Source of the DNA: Myxococcota bacterium | GTDB lineage: Bacteria > Myxococcota_A > UBA796 > JAJRTE01 | Length of the DNA stretch: 64,000 bases | Assembly: GCA_024278455.1 (NCBI GenBank) | Contig: JAJRTE010000259.1 | Span: forward strand, 5,775 to 69,774 | Reading direction: 5' to 3' | Shown here: positions 50,201-59,988 of the stretch, in pieces | Layout: every line of letters starts with the position of its first letter | Position numbering within the stretch: position 1 is the stretch's first letter | Translations under genes and position numbers: made by a program | Notes under the pieces: model-generated | Told to the model about the DNA's origin: nothing | What the model saw: the letters and a program-made list of their open reading frames with translations, nothing else | Databases searched by the model: none

Positions 50201-53200
50201 GTTGTCGACCCCGTCGCAGGTCTCGGCGGCAGAGGGTTTCACGTCGGCGTTGGTGTCATCGCAATCGGCGTCGTTGCTCGAGTAGCCGGTGGGCTGGGAG
50301 CAGCTCTCCACCTGGTAGGAGGGGCTTCCGTAGCCGTCCCCGTCGTTGTCCAGGTAGTAGACGTTCATGGCGCCTTCGTCGATCTCGTTGTTGCAGTTCT
50401 GATCGATGCCGTCGCATTTCTCGACCATGTCGGGATTGATGTAAGGGTCGGTGTCGTCGCAATCACCTGAGGTGGGGTCGAACCCGTCGCCGTCCTTGTC
50501 GGAGAACGGGTCATCCACGATACCGTTGCAATCGTTGTCTTCTCCGTCGCGGAGTTCGATGGCGCCCGGGTAGGTGTTGGGGTTGGAATCGTCGCAATCT
50601 CCCGTGATATCGGTGTATCCATCACCGTCCCGATCGATCACGGGCCCGCCTGAGCCGCCGTAGGCACCGATATCGGAAGTGGATCCGTCGGCGTCCAGGA
50701 TCGAGGGATCACCAGCGTCGATCATCGGGCTGCCGTCGGCGAGGTGCTCATCGTCGTCGAAGGAGTCGCCGTTCTCGGTGTAGCTGACGAACTCGGGATC
50801 GACGAACAGGTTGGACCCGTCGAGGGACGCCGACCCCGGACCGGCCATGTCGCCGTCATAGTTGTCGTAGAAATTGTCGTGGCGCACATCCCAGGTCACA
50901 CTGCTCTCGACATAGACCCCTTCACCGTTTTGCTGCCATGCCACGATGTTGTTCACGAACTGCATGACCGCGTTTCCATAGGCGTAGATGCCTCCGCCCT
51001 TTCCACCGGAGTGGTTCTCGAGGAAGTTGTTGTTGAGGATGTGGTCCGTCTCGCCGCTCGAGAGGTACATCGCGCCACCGTCGCTGGTGGCGGCGTTGCC
51101 CTGCAAGATGTTGTTGTTGAGACCAGCCTGACCGCCCGACGCGAAATAGGCCCCGCCGTAGGTGGCGCTGTTGTCGACCAGGAGGCAGCCTGCCATGCTC
51201 AGGATGGACCCTGAATCGTGGTACAAGGCGCCGCCATGGGTCCCGGAGTTGGCGTAGAAGACCGTGCCCGACAGTGCCAGTTCCGAGCCCGACATATAGA
51301 TGGCCCCGCCGTAGTGGCTGCTGGTGTTGTGCGAGAAGTGGCTGTCCCCGATGGTCAGGTCGGAACTGGATACGATGTAGAGCGCGCCACCGTAGGAGGC
51401 GCTGTTGTCCCGGAACGTGGAGGCGCTTATGGTCCCCTTCGCCCCGGATGTGTAGTAGACAGGGTAACTGTTGGCATTCTCCTCGACGATGGTCCGGGTA
51501 AGATCCACGGTGGAACCGGTGACGTAGATGGCATAGGAACTCGTGCAGAAGCGTACCGCGGAGTCGACCAGGTTCAAGTGCCCGCTCGAGACATACACCG
51601 CATAAGTGCCGTTACCGGTGATCGAGATGCCTGTGACGGTCATGGGATCCGAAGCGCTCCCTTCGCCCTGGTCGAGGATGAGGCCACTGGACGCGGTGGC
51701 CATGACGGTCAGTGGTTGCCCGTAGACGCCGGTCAGGTGGACGGTGCGGGAATTCGGGTCCACGTCACCGTAGTACAGGCCGGGATAGACGGCGATCCGA
51801 TCGCCTTGTCCTGCCGCGGAGACCGCGGCGGCGATGGAGTGATAGGGACTGCCCCTGAACGGCGACACATAGGTGTCGTAGCCATCGGCCTGCCTGTCGT
51901 CGTCGCCGCCCCCAACACCGATATCCGAAGGGGAACCGTCCGCGTCCGGGAAAGTCGGCACACCGTGGTCGATGAGAAGGCTCGTGGAACTCAGCGCGAA
52001 GTCGTCGTTGGCCAGGTTGCCGTCTCGAGAATAGGCGACGAACCCCGGGTCCACGTTGAGGTTGCCGTTCTGGAGGCTCCGGTCCGGGATCGACCCCGTG
52101 TACTCCCCGTCGGCGTTGTCGTAGACGTCGGAATAGGTGATCTGGACCCGGGCCGAAACATGGTTCGTGTAGATACCGCTCCCATCCAGGGAATAGGCAA
52201 TGATGGAATTGCTGATCAGGGTGTTCGAATTGTTGTAGATGTAGAATCCGCCGCCCAGGCTGCCCGTATTCCCGACGATGTTGCAATTGATGAACGCCGC
52301 CCTGGCGTTCGACGTCACGTGGACGCCCCCGCCCTGCGTCGCCCCGTTTTCGATGATGGCCACGTCGGCGAAGTGGGTATGGCCGGCCGCGATGAACACC
52401 GCGCCCCCGTAAGTGGCCTGGTTGTCGAAGAAGGTGGTATCCCTGAACGCCGCCGTGTAGGACCCGGTCTGAACGTAGACCCCCCCACCGTGCGTGGCAG
52501 TGTTGTTCGTAAAGGTGGAATCACTCACGAAGAGCGGCGTGCTCGTGGCATAGATGCCGCCACCATAGCCGCTCGAGGCGCGATTGTTGTTGAACGTGCA
52601 GCCGCTCACCACCGTTTCCCCTGCGCTGGTCAGGTAGATCCCCCCGCCGTGCGTGGCAGTGTTGTTTTCCCAGACGGACGAGGAGATGTTGGGCGTGGAG
52701 CCGCCGTCGAAATAGGTACCGTAGGAGGTGGCGTTGTCCTCGAATCGCACACCGATGTAGGTTGGAGACCCGCCGTGGTGATAGGCGGCGTAGGAACTCG
52801 AGGCATACCGGAAATGACACCGCTTGATGGTCGGCGAGGTGCCGTAGGTGTACATTCCATAAGAACCTTTCGTCATCACCGTCACGGCCTCGAGGATGGC
52901 GGCGTCGGTCTCGGTGTTCTTGAAGGTCGGGCCGTAGGAGGTCCCTACCAGCATTGTGGCTTCAGGACCGTAGACGCCTAGCACATGCAGGTCCTTGCCG
53001 CCGTAGTCGATGTCCCCGTAGTAGATACCGGGATAGACGTGGATCAGGTCTCGAGTCGTCGACTCCGAGATCGCGGTCTGCAGGTTGTGGTAGTCGGCGC
53101 CCTCGAGGGGAGAGACGCTGATGTCAGCGCCTTCGACGATCCGGTCGTCGTCGCCGCCCCCGGCGCCCAGGTCGGCCGGCGTGCCGTCGGTGTCCACGAA

Positions 53201-55717
53201 CGTGGCGGACCCCGCGTCGATGCAGGGGCTGTCTCCGAGCAACGAAAAATCGTCGTTCGAGTAATCTCCATCGTAGGAATACTCGGTGAAGAGAGGATCG
53301 GCCTCGATGTTCCCCCGGACGCCGATGACGTCCTCGGCGCTACCACCGAAATTCCCGTGGTAGTTCTCGTAGTAGTCGTTGTACCACGAGAGGATGCGGG
53401 CGGAAGAGTTGTTGGTATTGACGGCCTCCCCCATCTCGGTGAAGGCGAAGATGTTCTGGAGCAGCAGGGTGTCCGAGTTGGAGTAGGCGTAGATGTGTCC
53501 CCCGTGCGGAGCGGCGTTGCCCACGAACGTGTTGTTGATGAACGCCGTTCGGGCGTACTGGTTGAGGTAGACCGCCCCACCATAGGTGGTCGCCTCGTTC
53601 TCGACGAAAACATTGTCCGTGAAATGGCCTTGCCCTGGTCCGTTGAGGTAGAGCGCCCCGCCGTATGGGGAAGCGTTGGCCTCGAATTGGGAGTCGCGAA
53701 CCACGACTCGCCCGGAACGCGTGTCCACGGCAATCGCACCGCCATACCCCGCCCAGTTGCGCGTGAACCTCGAGTCGTACACCTCGAGCCAACTGCCGTT
53801 CATGTAGATGCCGCCGCCCGAGTAGGATGTGGAAGAGACTGTATTGTCCTCGAACACGCAGCCACGAACCGTGGCCGATGTCCCACTTGCAACGTACAGG
53901 CCGCCTCCGTAGTTGGAACGGTTACCGACAAACGCGCAGCCGTTGAACGTGGGGCTGGCGCCCGAATCGAAATAGGCATTGTAGCTCACGGTGTTATCTT
54001 CCCAACGAACGTTCGTGAACGCCGGGGAGGAGTTGGTGAAGTAGACACCGTAGGAACTCGCACAGTACCGAATGTGGCAGTTTCGGATCGTCGGGCTGAC
54101 CCCGGTTCCGTACATCCCGTAGGTACTGATACTGGTAATCGACAACCCGTCGAGCACAGACAGGTCCGTCTCCGAGTTCGCATAGTAGACACCGTAGGAG
54201 GTGCCGACGATGAACACGGTTTCCGGGCCGAACGCCGACGCGATGGTGACGCCCTTGCCCGAAAAGGATATGTCGCCGTAGTACAGCCCGGGATAGACCT
54301 CGATGGTCTCGCCGTTCCGGCTGTCCCCGACGGCCGTGTTGATGTCACGATAGCCGTCGTCCTTGAGCGGTGACACCAGCCGGTCGGCGTCCGTGCCGAA
54401 CGCTTCATCGTCCCCGCCGCCCCGGCCCAGGTCCGCCGGTGTCCCGTCGGCGTCGAGGAAGTTGGGAGACCCCGCGTCGATGAGAGGACTGTCGCTCGCC
54501 AGGGACAGGTCGTCGTTGGAGAAGTCGTCGTCGTTCTCGTAGGCCACGAACCCCGGGTCGGCAGAAAGGTTGCCACGAAGCCCGGTGGGGTCGTCCATGT
54601 TGCCCCAGTCCCCCTTGAAGTTGTCGTACACGTCGTTGTACCAGGCCAGGATACGCGCGCTGCTGTTGTAGGCGTAGACCCCGTGGCCGTTGGTCGACCC
54701 GACAATGATGTTCTGCAACAGCAAGGCACCGGTCGATCCGTAGAAATAGAGTCCTCCCCCGGCCGGAGCGTCGCTGCCCACAATGGTGTTGTTGATGAGG
54801 GCCAGGTAGGTCCCCGAGGCCAGGTAGAACGCGCCGCCCTGCGTGGAGGCCATGTTTTCCACGAACAGATTATCGGCAAAATATACTTGTTTGGGTCCAT
54901 TCGCGTAGATGGCGCCACCATACCCGGCGGTATTGGCGTAGAACTCCGAATTCCGGACGATGGCTCGATTCGTACCGGTCTCGAGCCAGATGGCGCCGCC
55001 GTGCGTTCCCTCATTCCGGCTGAACGTGCAGCCGTTCACGAACAGCGCGCCGGCCCCACCGGTGTAGATGGCGCCGCCGTAGCCCGAGCTGGCCTGGTTG
55101 TTCGAGAAGGTCGTGTTGGTGATCGTCGCCGATGCTCCTGACGTGAGATAGAGTCCACCGCCATGGGCCGAGACGTTGTTGGTGAAGTTGCATCCGTCGA
55201 TGGTGAGGTTCGAACTCTTGTCGGCATAGAATGTATAGCTTGTCCGATTGTTCTGAAAGGATGTGTCCTGGAATACCAGGACGGCTCCATTCGTAGCGTA
55301 GACGCCGTAGCTCCCGCTACCCGAGGAGATGATGCACTCGAGGACTTGCGGATCTGATGCGGACGCATAGATCCCATAGGAGGAACTCGTGATGCTGAAT
55401 CCCTGGATGATCGTCTCCGAGGTCTCCCCGTTGATGATCCGGATGGCGTAGGAACTCCCCTTGATGGTGGTGACCGATGCCCCACCCGTCGACCTGAGGG
55501 TCAGGGTCTTTCCGTTGAAGTTGACATCTTCCACGTAGATCCCGGGGGCCACGAGGATCGTGTCCCGGTTCTTGGAGGCGTCGATCGCCGCCTGGATAGT
55601 GGTGAAATCCGCGCCGGAACTGCCGACCGTGCGCGTCGCAGCTCGAGCCTGCGTGGATACCAGGAGAGTCGATGTGACCAGAACCCACAACATCAGCAGC
55701 CGTTTCAAGATCCGCAT
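47204..55717 (-). CDS. giant (about 2840 aa) surface protein: 4 beta-helix modules, 17 MopE-like repeats, Ig-like (choice-of-anchor D/ASH-like) domain, MYXO-CTERM-like tail
   Basis: GGAGG RBS, signal peptide, four TIQAAI/PG.Y..GG[AG]IY/DP.F..SP.IDAG modules, terminal GCTC-TM-RRR. Confidence 0.92.
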   Translation of the reverse strand: MRILKRLLMLWVLVTSTLLVSTQARAATRTVGSSGADFTTIQAAIDASKNRDTILVAPGIYVEDVNFNGKTLTLRSTGGASVTTIKGSSYAIRIINGETSETIIQGFSITSSSYGIYASASDPQVLECIISSGSGSYGVYATNGAVLVFQDTSFQNNRTSYTFYADKSSNLTIDGCNFTNNVSAHGGGLYLTSGASATITNTTFSNNQASSGYGGAIYTGGAGALFVNGCTFSRNEGTHGGAIWLETGTNRAIVRNSEFYANTAGYGGAIYANGPKQVYFADNLFVENMASTQGGAFYLASGTYLALINNTIVGSDAPAGGGLYFYGSTGALLLQNIIVGSTNGHGVYAYNSSARILAWYNDVYDNFKGDWGNMDDPTGLRGNLSADPGFVAYENDDDFSNDDLSLASDSPLIDAGSPNFLDADGTPADLGRGGGDDEAFGTDADRLVSPLKDDGYRDINTAVGDSRNGETIEVYPGLYYGDISFSGKGVTIASAFGPETVFIVGTSYGVYYANSETDLSVLDGLSITSISTYGMYGTGVSPTIRNCHIRYCASSYGVYFTNSSPAFTNVRWEDNTVSYNAYFDSGASPTFNGCAFVGNRSNYGGGLYVASGTSATVRGCVFEDNTVSSTSYSGGGIYMNGSWLEVYDSRFTRNWAGYGGAIAVDTRSGRVVVRDSQFEANASPYGGALYLNGPGQGHFTDNVFVENEATTYGGAVYLNQYARTAFINNTFVGNAAPHGGHIYAYSNSDTLLLQNIFAFTEMGEAVNTNNSSARILSWYNDYYENYHGNFGGSAEDVIGVRGNIEADPLFTEYSYDGDYSNDDFSLLGDSPCIDAGSATFVDTDGTPADLGAGGGDDDRIVEGADISVSPLEGADYHNLQTAISESTTRDLIHVYPGIYYGDIDYGGKDLHVLGVYGPEATMLVGTSYGPTFKNTETDAAILEAVTVMTKGSYGMYTYGTSPTIKRCHFRYASSSYAAYHHGGSPTYIGVRFEDNATSYGTYFDGGSTPNISSSVWENNTATHGGGIYLTSAGETVVSGCTFNNNRASSGYGGGIYATSTPLFVSDSTFTNNTATHGGGVYVQTGSYTAAFRDTTFFDNQATYGGAVFIAAGHTHFADVAIIENGATQGGGVHVTSNARAAFINCNIVGNTGSLGGGFYIYNNSNTLISNSIIAYSLDGSGIYTNHVSARVQITYSDVYDNADGEYTGSIPDRSLQNGNLNVDPGFVAYSRDGNLANDDFALSSTSLLIDHGVPTFPDADGSPSDIGVGGGDDDRQADGYDTYVSPFRGSPYHSIAAAVSAAGQGDRIAVYPGLYYGDVDPNSRTVHLTGVYGQPLTVMATASSGLILDQGEGSASDPMTVTGISITGNGTYAVYVSSGHLNLVDSAVRFCTSSYAIYVTGSTVDLTRTIVEENANSYPVYYTSGAKGTISASTFRDNSASYGGALYIVSSSDLTIGDSHFSHNTSSHYGGAIYMSGSELALSGTVFYANSGTHGGALYHDSGSILSMAGCLLVDNSATYGGAYFASGGQAGLNNNILQGNAATSDGGAMYLSSGETDHILNNNFLENHSGGKGGGIYAYGNAVMQFVNNIVAWQQNGEGVYVESSVTWDVRHDNFYDNYDGDMAGPGSASLDGSNLFVDPEFVSYTENGDSFDDDEHLADGSPMIDAGDPSILDADGSTSDIGAYGGSGGPVIDRDGDGYTDITGDCDDSNPNTYPGAIELRDGEDNDCNGIVDDPFSDKDGDGFDPTSGDCDDTDPYINPDMVEKCDGIDQNCNNEIDEGAMNVYYLDNDGDGYGSPSYQVESCSQPTGYSSNDADCDDTNADVKPSAAETCDGVDNNCNGQVDEGLASSWFVDADGDGFGDSQLTQQGCTQPDGTSEVGGDCDETDPNVNPGAPETCNGIDDDCDGVVDEGSASTYYADADGDGYGDPDRTKLSCDTPSGYVETAGDCNDAVSDIHPGAEEACDDIDNDCDGAVDEGLASTYYQDADQDGYGNNSVTQVACSAPSGYTATPNDCDDTRGDINPDATEVCDDVDNDCDSVVDENLAQTYYKDVDSDGYGDPSSPNSACEPPASHVLDDSDCDDLDANVHPGATETCNDIDDDCDGSVDEGLEMVTYYQDDDGDGFGQTDATETTCGGLPAGYSETPGDCDDTRTSVNPEAEEVCDGRDNDCDDASDEGFDMDGDGSLTCSVEGLAPDCDDSDREVYPGAIEYCDGKDNDCDGAVDETTDEDGDGSTGCDDPPDCDDTNATVFPGATELCDGLDNDCDGEVDEGFDMDGDGFFTCDVNDIPADCDDGNPDNFPGAPESCDGVDNDCDGEIDEGVQRTYCQDADGDGYGDPATATPACSAPDGMTLNCTDIDDNHGSVFPGAPEAPDGLDNDGDGLVDEGTEYYDDDGDGYNELEGDCDDSNANVHPDADEIEDGLDNDCDGDVDEDVDTTDNDGDGYSEIDGDCDDANPDVNPGATEVADGADNDCDGHIDEGTDAVDDDGDGYTETDGDCNDSNPYIYPDAPEFMDGEDNDCDGEVDEGIDDTDDDGDGYSEADGDPDDTNPNTYPGAEEIPDGVDNDGDGLIDEGTSAGDDDGDGYSEERGDCDDSNPYVHPGATEYPDNDVDDNCNGLVDETGEGGLEPDAQLSASAISFGEVPVGSMKNCSVTLANQGTDTLAVISVNVTDTSGVFQVLSSGGILIPVGGNYTLWFVFAPDAVGAATTTATVETDDPDSPALTIDLEGTGTEPVEVIETPGPTITPLPFETPTPIIGDDDATGDDDATSGDDDSPSDQPPPDDNVSPTPAPGDDTDGCTCNSDSSRSDVPLGTLFWAFSGVGLILTRRRLRG

Positions 55718-55938
55718 CCTGTCCAGTCCTCCTCGCGTGTCACGACATCGGTCCCGCGCAACCCGGACGCACCCCAGCGTCACGTGTCTGCCATTCGCAC
55801 CTGTAGCAGTGTCCGATGCATACCACGGATGGCAGCGGGGCTCAAGGCATCCGGCTCCGCGCCGACGGTCCGTTCGGGGGGTTGCAGCGCGCACGTGCCG
55901 GGCAGAACCGCCAGAATCCGAAGGGGGTTCAGGATTGG

Positions 55939-58900
55939 CTACTGGAGTTCGTAAGCCCCGATATCGAACTGGGCGACACCGTCTCCCCGCCCATCCACAG
56001 GCCGGGGGTTGCCGTCGTAGTCCTCGTGGATCCCGTAGATCCGGACATCGGCACCCGCATCGACATTGGGACTCCCCTCGTTGATGTGCAGGTCGTCGTT
56101 CTCCATGACGCCGTCCGGCGTGTAGGAGACCAGCAACGGGTCGATGGAGATGTTCCCGGCGACCCCGGTGTAGTCGTTCAAGTATCCGCCGTAGTTCCCG
56201 CTCGAGTTGCCGAAGATGTTGTTGAACATGATGGTGAACGGGATACCCGCGTTGTCATACACGCCCCATTCGTTCCACGCCACGGTGTTGTTCGCCAGGG
56301 TTGGGATGGCATAGGTCGAACCGCAGCAGATGAACACGTAGATCCCGACGGTGTTGCCTACAATCGTGTTGTTCAGGATGACCGATGAATTGGAATGGGA
56401 CGCCATCACGCCGTGCCCGAAGTTGTTGGACACCAGGTTGTTGTCGAATACCGCGGTTGCGTAGGCGTTGAGCCTGACCCCGGCCCCGTTGTTGGTGGCG
56501 GCGTTGTAGGCGAAGAGGTTGGCGGTTATCCGGTCCGCACTGAGGTCGAGGCAAAACCCGCCCCCGTCGCCGCTGCTGCCGTCGGCCGAATTGTAGAGGA
56601 AGGTATTGTTCTTCACGAGCAATGTACTGTCGTAGGAGTAGACGCCTCCGCCGCCGTTGTCGGTATCGGAGGCGATGTTGTGGGTGAAGAGGTTGCCGAG
56701 CACCTGGGAGTGGGAACGGAAGAAGTAGATACCTCCCCCCTTGCCGGAGACATGGTTGCCGGTGACGACGTTGTCCTGGATGAGGGGGTCGCTCTCGACA
56801 ACGAGGATGCCGCCGCCGACTGCCCTCGCATTCGTAACGTTCCACGCGCCTTGCCCATCCGTGCTTCCCGACCCGCCGGTCACGGTGAAGCCGATGACGC
56901 CCGAGGCGTCGCTTTGGTTCCCCGCGATGGTAATGGCGGGCCCGTCCTCGAGGCTGCCATCGATGACGGTGGCATCGGCGCCTTCGATACCGACGAGTCG
57001 CACGTCGCGGTCGAGGAAGTCGATGTGCTCGTCGTATGTTCCGGGGAACACCCAGATCTCGGAACAGGTGTCGTCCGTGGCGTCGATGGCGGCCTGGATC
57101 GTACTGAAGGGGGCGTCCAGGTCGCCGGTCTCGAGCGCGGGGGCCGGGGTCGCCGTCGGGACCTCCGGGGTCGGTGTACGTCCTGGGTCCGGAGTGACAC
57201 TCGGAGTGGCATCCGGTGTCGACGTCGGGGTTGCGGTTCCCCCACCGTCCGGAGTGGACGCCGGGGTCTCGGGTGTAGGGGTCGCCGGAGAAGGCGTCGG
57301 GGAGGGTTCGAACCAGAAGGCGGGATTGACGTAGAGCGGACAGGTGTCCACGCAGTCGGCGATACCGTCCTCGTCGAAGTCCGAGAAGCCTTCATCGGTC
57401 TGCCCGTTGCCGTCGTTGTCGATTCCATCGCACTCCTCGACGTCGCAGGGGTTCCCGATACCGTCGTGGTCGAAGTCCTCCTGGTACGGGTTGGCCACGC
57501 CGAGGCAGTTGTCGAGGGAGTCGCATACGCCGTCGTCGTCGGCGTCGTCGAGGGGGTCGGTGGGACAGACGTCGCAGGCGTCACCGATGCCGTCCCCATC
57601 GGTGTCCTGCTGGCTCGAGTTGTACTGGCCGGGGCAGTTGTCTTCGCCGGCACAGAGACCGTCGTCGTCGGCGTCGTCGAGGGGGTCGTCCGGGCAGTGG
57701 TCACAGGGGTCGCCGTGGCCGTCTCCGTCGGTGTCGAGTTGGTCGGGGTTGGGCAGGCCCGGGCAGGTATCGATGTTCTCGCAAGCCCCGTCGCCGTCCA
57801 GGTCGTTGGTGGCATCGAGGGGGCAGGGGTCGACGCAGTCGGCCTGGCTGTCGCCGTCGGTATCGTCGAAGTCCTCGTCGATCAGGCCGTCTCCGTCGTT
57901 GTCCAGGCCGTCGCAGGTCTCGGCGTCGCAGGCGTCCCCTGTGCCGTCGCCGTCGATGTCCGCCTGGTTGCTGTTGGGGGTGCTCGGACAGTTGTCCAGG
58001 TCACCACAAACCCCGTCCTGATCTTCGTCGTTGTCGGGGTCGTCCGGGCAGCGGTCGACGCAATCGGCCACACCATCCAGGTCGGAGTCGTCGAAGTCTT
58101 CATCGACGACGCCGTCGGCGTCGTTGTCCAGACCGTCACACACCTCCTCGGCGCAGGCGTCCCCGATGCCGTCACCGTCGATGTCGCCCTGGTCGGGGTT
58201 GGGGATCGAGGGGCAGTTGTCCACATCGGCGCACCACAGGTCGCCGTCGATGTCGTCGTTGGGATCGAATGGGCAGGAATCGCACACGTCTCCCGTGCCG
58301 TCGCCGTCGGCGTCGACTTGGGTCGCGTTGGGTGTGCCGGGGCAGTTGTCACCGGAGTCGCACAGGCCGTCGCGGTCGCTGTCGTCCCCGGGGTCGTCCG
58401 GGCACGGATCGGTGCAGTCGGGGGCACCGTCGGCGTCGCGGTCCGGGAAGCCCTCGTCAATCTCACCATCTCCGTCGTTGTCCACGCCGTCGCACGTCTC
58501 GAGGTCGCAGGCGTCGCCGATACCGTCCCCGTCGGTGTCGCTCTGGTCGTCCGTGATGTCGGGGCACACGTCGTCATCGGCGCAATGACCGTCCCCGTCG
58601 GCGTCGTCGAGGGGATCGTCGGGGCAGACGTCGCAGGCGTCGCCGACGCCATCGTGGTCGGCATCGATCTGGTCCGGGTTCGGCGCCTCCGGGCAATTGT
58701 CCGCATTGGTGCAGAAGCCGTCACCGTCAGCATCGTTGAGGGGATCCTCGGCGCAAGGGTCGACGCAATCGGCCAGGCCGTCGGCGTCCTCGTCCTCGAA
58801 GCCCTCGTCGATCTCACCGTCTCCGTCGTTGTCCACGCCGTCGCAGGTCTCGCTGTCGCAGGCGTCGCCCGTGTCGTCGCCGTCCACATCCGCCTGGTCC

Positions 58901-59988
58901 GGGTTGGCGACCCCGGGACAGTTGTCCGTGTCACCGCAATGTCCGTCCGCGTCGGCGTCGTTTTCCGGGTCGAGGGGGCACGGATCGCAGGCATCCCCGT
59001 CCCCGTCCCCGTCCGTGTCGGCCTGGTCGTCGGCCACGGCCGGGCAGAGATCCTCGTCGCCGCAAAACCCATCACCGTCGGCATCGTCGTCCGGGTCGAG
59101 GGGACAGGGATCGAGGCAATCCAGGGTCCCGTCGCCGTCGGTGTCGCCGAATCCTTCGTCGACGATACCGTCACAGTTGTTGTCCACGCCGTCGCACAGC
59201 TCGCTCTGCCCCGGGTTGACGAACGGATTGGCGTCGTCGCAGTCGGACGGCGCGCAAAAGCTGTCGTCATCCAAGTCCTCGCCCGGATCGGTGGGACAGG
59301 GGTCCAGGCAATCCAGGGTGCCGTCTCCGTCCGTGTCAGGGTATCCCTCGTCGATGTCTCCGTCGCAATCATTGTCCACCCCGTCGCAGGTCTCCTCCGC
59401 GCCAGGAAATATCGTCGGATCGAGCGGCGCACAGTCCTCGGCGTCCGGAGAACCGTCTGCATCGCTGTCGGGAGGCGGATGGAACACGCCGGCCCCGTGA
59501 CACGGGACCTGCACCACCGGCTGGCTCTCGTCGTTGGAGGTGATCTCGATGATCGCGTCGAATGCACCCGCCTCGAGGGGGGTGAAGTGGGCCAGGATGG
59601 AAACCGTCTCCCCCGGCTCGAGGGTCAGGGGGAGCGCGAGCGGGTCCAGGGTGAAGGACTCGGACCCCTGGTCGCCGACCAGGTCGACGGCGAACAGGGT
59701 GAGTGAGGCGCCCCCGGCGTTGCCCACGTCAAGCGTCTGGTTAGCGGTCGTGGCGAGGTCCTGCTCGCCGAAGTCGATGCTCGCCGGAGTCACCTCGATT
59801 TCCGGTTGGACGTTCGAGGACACCGGCGTCGGGCTGGCCGTGGTGTCGTCGTCTCCGGTTTCGGGACAACCTGCCACGATCGTACCGGCGACCGCCAGCG
59901 CCGGGAACACCAGGCACGACCGGCCCCATCCACGTCCCTCAAGTCGTTCGGCGCCCCGTGTGTATCGCGGTGTGTTTCGGAACCCCAT
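55939..59988 (-). CDS. large surface lipoprotein: Ig-like domain, TSP3/MopE hybrid repeats, C-terminal beta-helix
   Basis: GGAGG RBS, VAGC lipobox, DNCP..NPDQ.D.DGDG.GDAC repeats, PFSTIQAAID...DIGAYE. Confidence 0.9.
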   Translation of the reverse strand: MGFRNTPRYTRGAERLEGRGWGRSCLVFPALAVAGTIVAGCPETGDDDTTASPTPVSSNVQPEIEVTPASIDFGEQDLATTANQTLDVGNAGGASLTLFAVDLVGDQGSESFTLDPLALPLTLEPGETVSILAHFTPLEAGAFDAIIEITSNDESQPVVQVPCHGAGVFHPPPDSDADGSPDAEDCAPLDPTIFPGAEETCDGVDNDCDGDIDEGYPDTDGDGTLDCLDPCPTDPGEDLDDDSFCAPSDCDDANPFVNPGQSELCDGVDNNCDGIVDEGFGDTDGDGTLDCLDPCPLDPDDDADGDGFCGDEDLCPAVADDQADTDGDGDGDACDPCPLDPENDADADGHCGDTDNCPGVANPDQADVDGDDTGDACDSETCDGVDNDGDGEIDEGFEDEDADGLADCVDPCAEDPLNDADGDGFCTNADNCPEAPNPDQIDADHDGVGDACDVCPDDPLDDADGDGHCADDDVCPDITDDQSDTDGDGIGDACDLETCDGVDNDGDGEIDEGFPDRDADGAPDCTDPCPDDPGDDSDRDGLCDSGDNCPGTPNATQVDADGDGTGDVCDSCPFDPNDDIDGDLWCADVDNCPSIPNPDQGDIDGDGIGDACAEEVCDGLDNDADGVVDEDFDDSDLDGVADCVDRCPDDPDNDEDQDGVCGDLDNCPSTPNSNQADIDGDGTGDACDAETCDGLDNDGDGLIDEDFDDTDGDSQADCVDPCPLDATNDLDGDGACENIDTCPGLPNPDQLDTDGDGHGDPCDHCPDDPLDDADDDGLCAGEDNCPGQYNSSQQDTDGDGIGDACDVCPTDPLDDADDDGVCDSLDNCLGVANPYQEDFDHDGIGNPCDVEECDGIDNDGNGQTDEGFSDFDEDGIADCVDTCPLYVNPAFWFEPSPTPSPATPTPETPASTPDGGGTATPTSTPDATPSVTPDPGRTPTPEVPTATPAPALETGDLDAPFSTIQAAIDATDDTCSEIWVFPGTYDEHIDFLDRDVRLVGIEGADATVIDGSLEDGPAITIAGNQSDASGVIGFTVTGGSGSTDGQGAWNVTNARAVGGGILVVESDPLIQDNVVTGNHVSGKGGGIYFFRSHSQVLGNLFTHNIASDTDNGGGGVYSYDSTLLVKNNTFLYNSADGSSGDGGGFCLDLSADRITANLFAYNAATNNGAGVRLNAYATAVFDNNLVSNNFGHGVMASHSNSSVILNNTIVGNTVGIYVFICCGSTYAIPTLANNTVAWNEWGVYDNAGIPFTIMFNNIFGNSSGNYGGYLNDYTGVAGNISIDPLLVSYTPDGVMENDDLHINEGSPNVDAGADVRIYGIHEDYDGNPRPVDGRGDGVAQFDIGAYELQ

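Noticed and set aside
56395-59706. 1103-aa Val-rich plus-strand ORF, and similar ORFs over 44-55 kb
   Set aside because: Reverse complement of Asp (GAC)-rich repeats gives GTC runs; shadow ORFs
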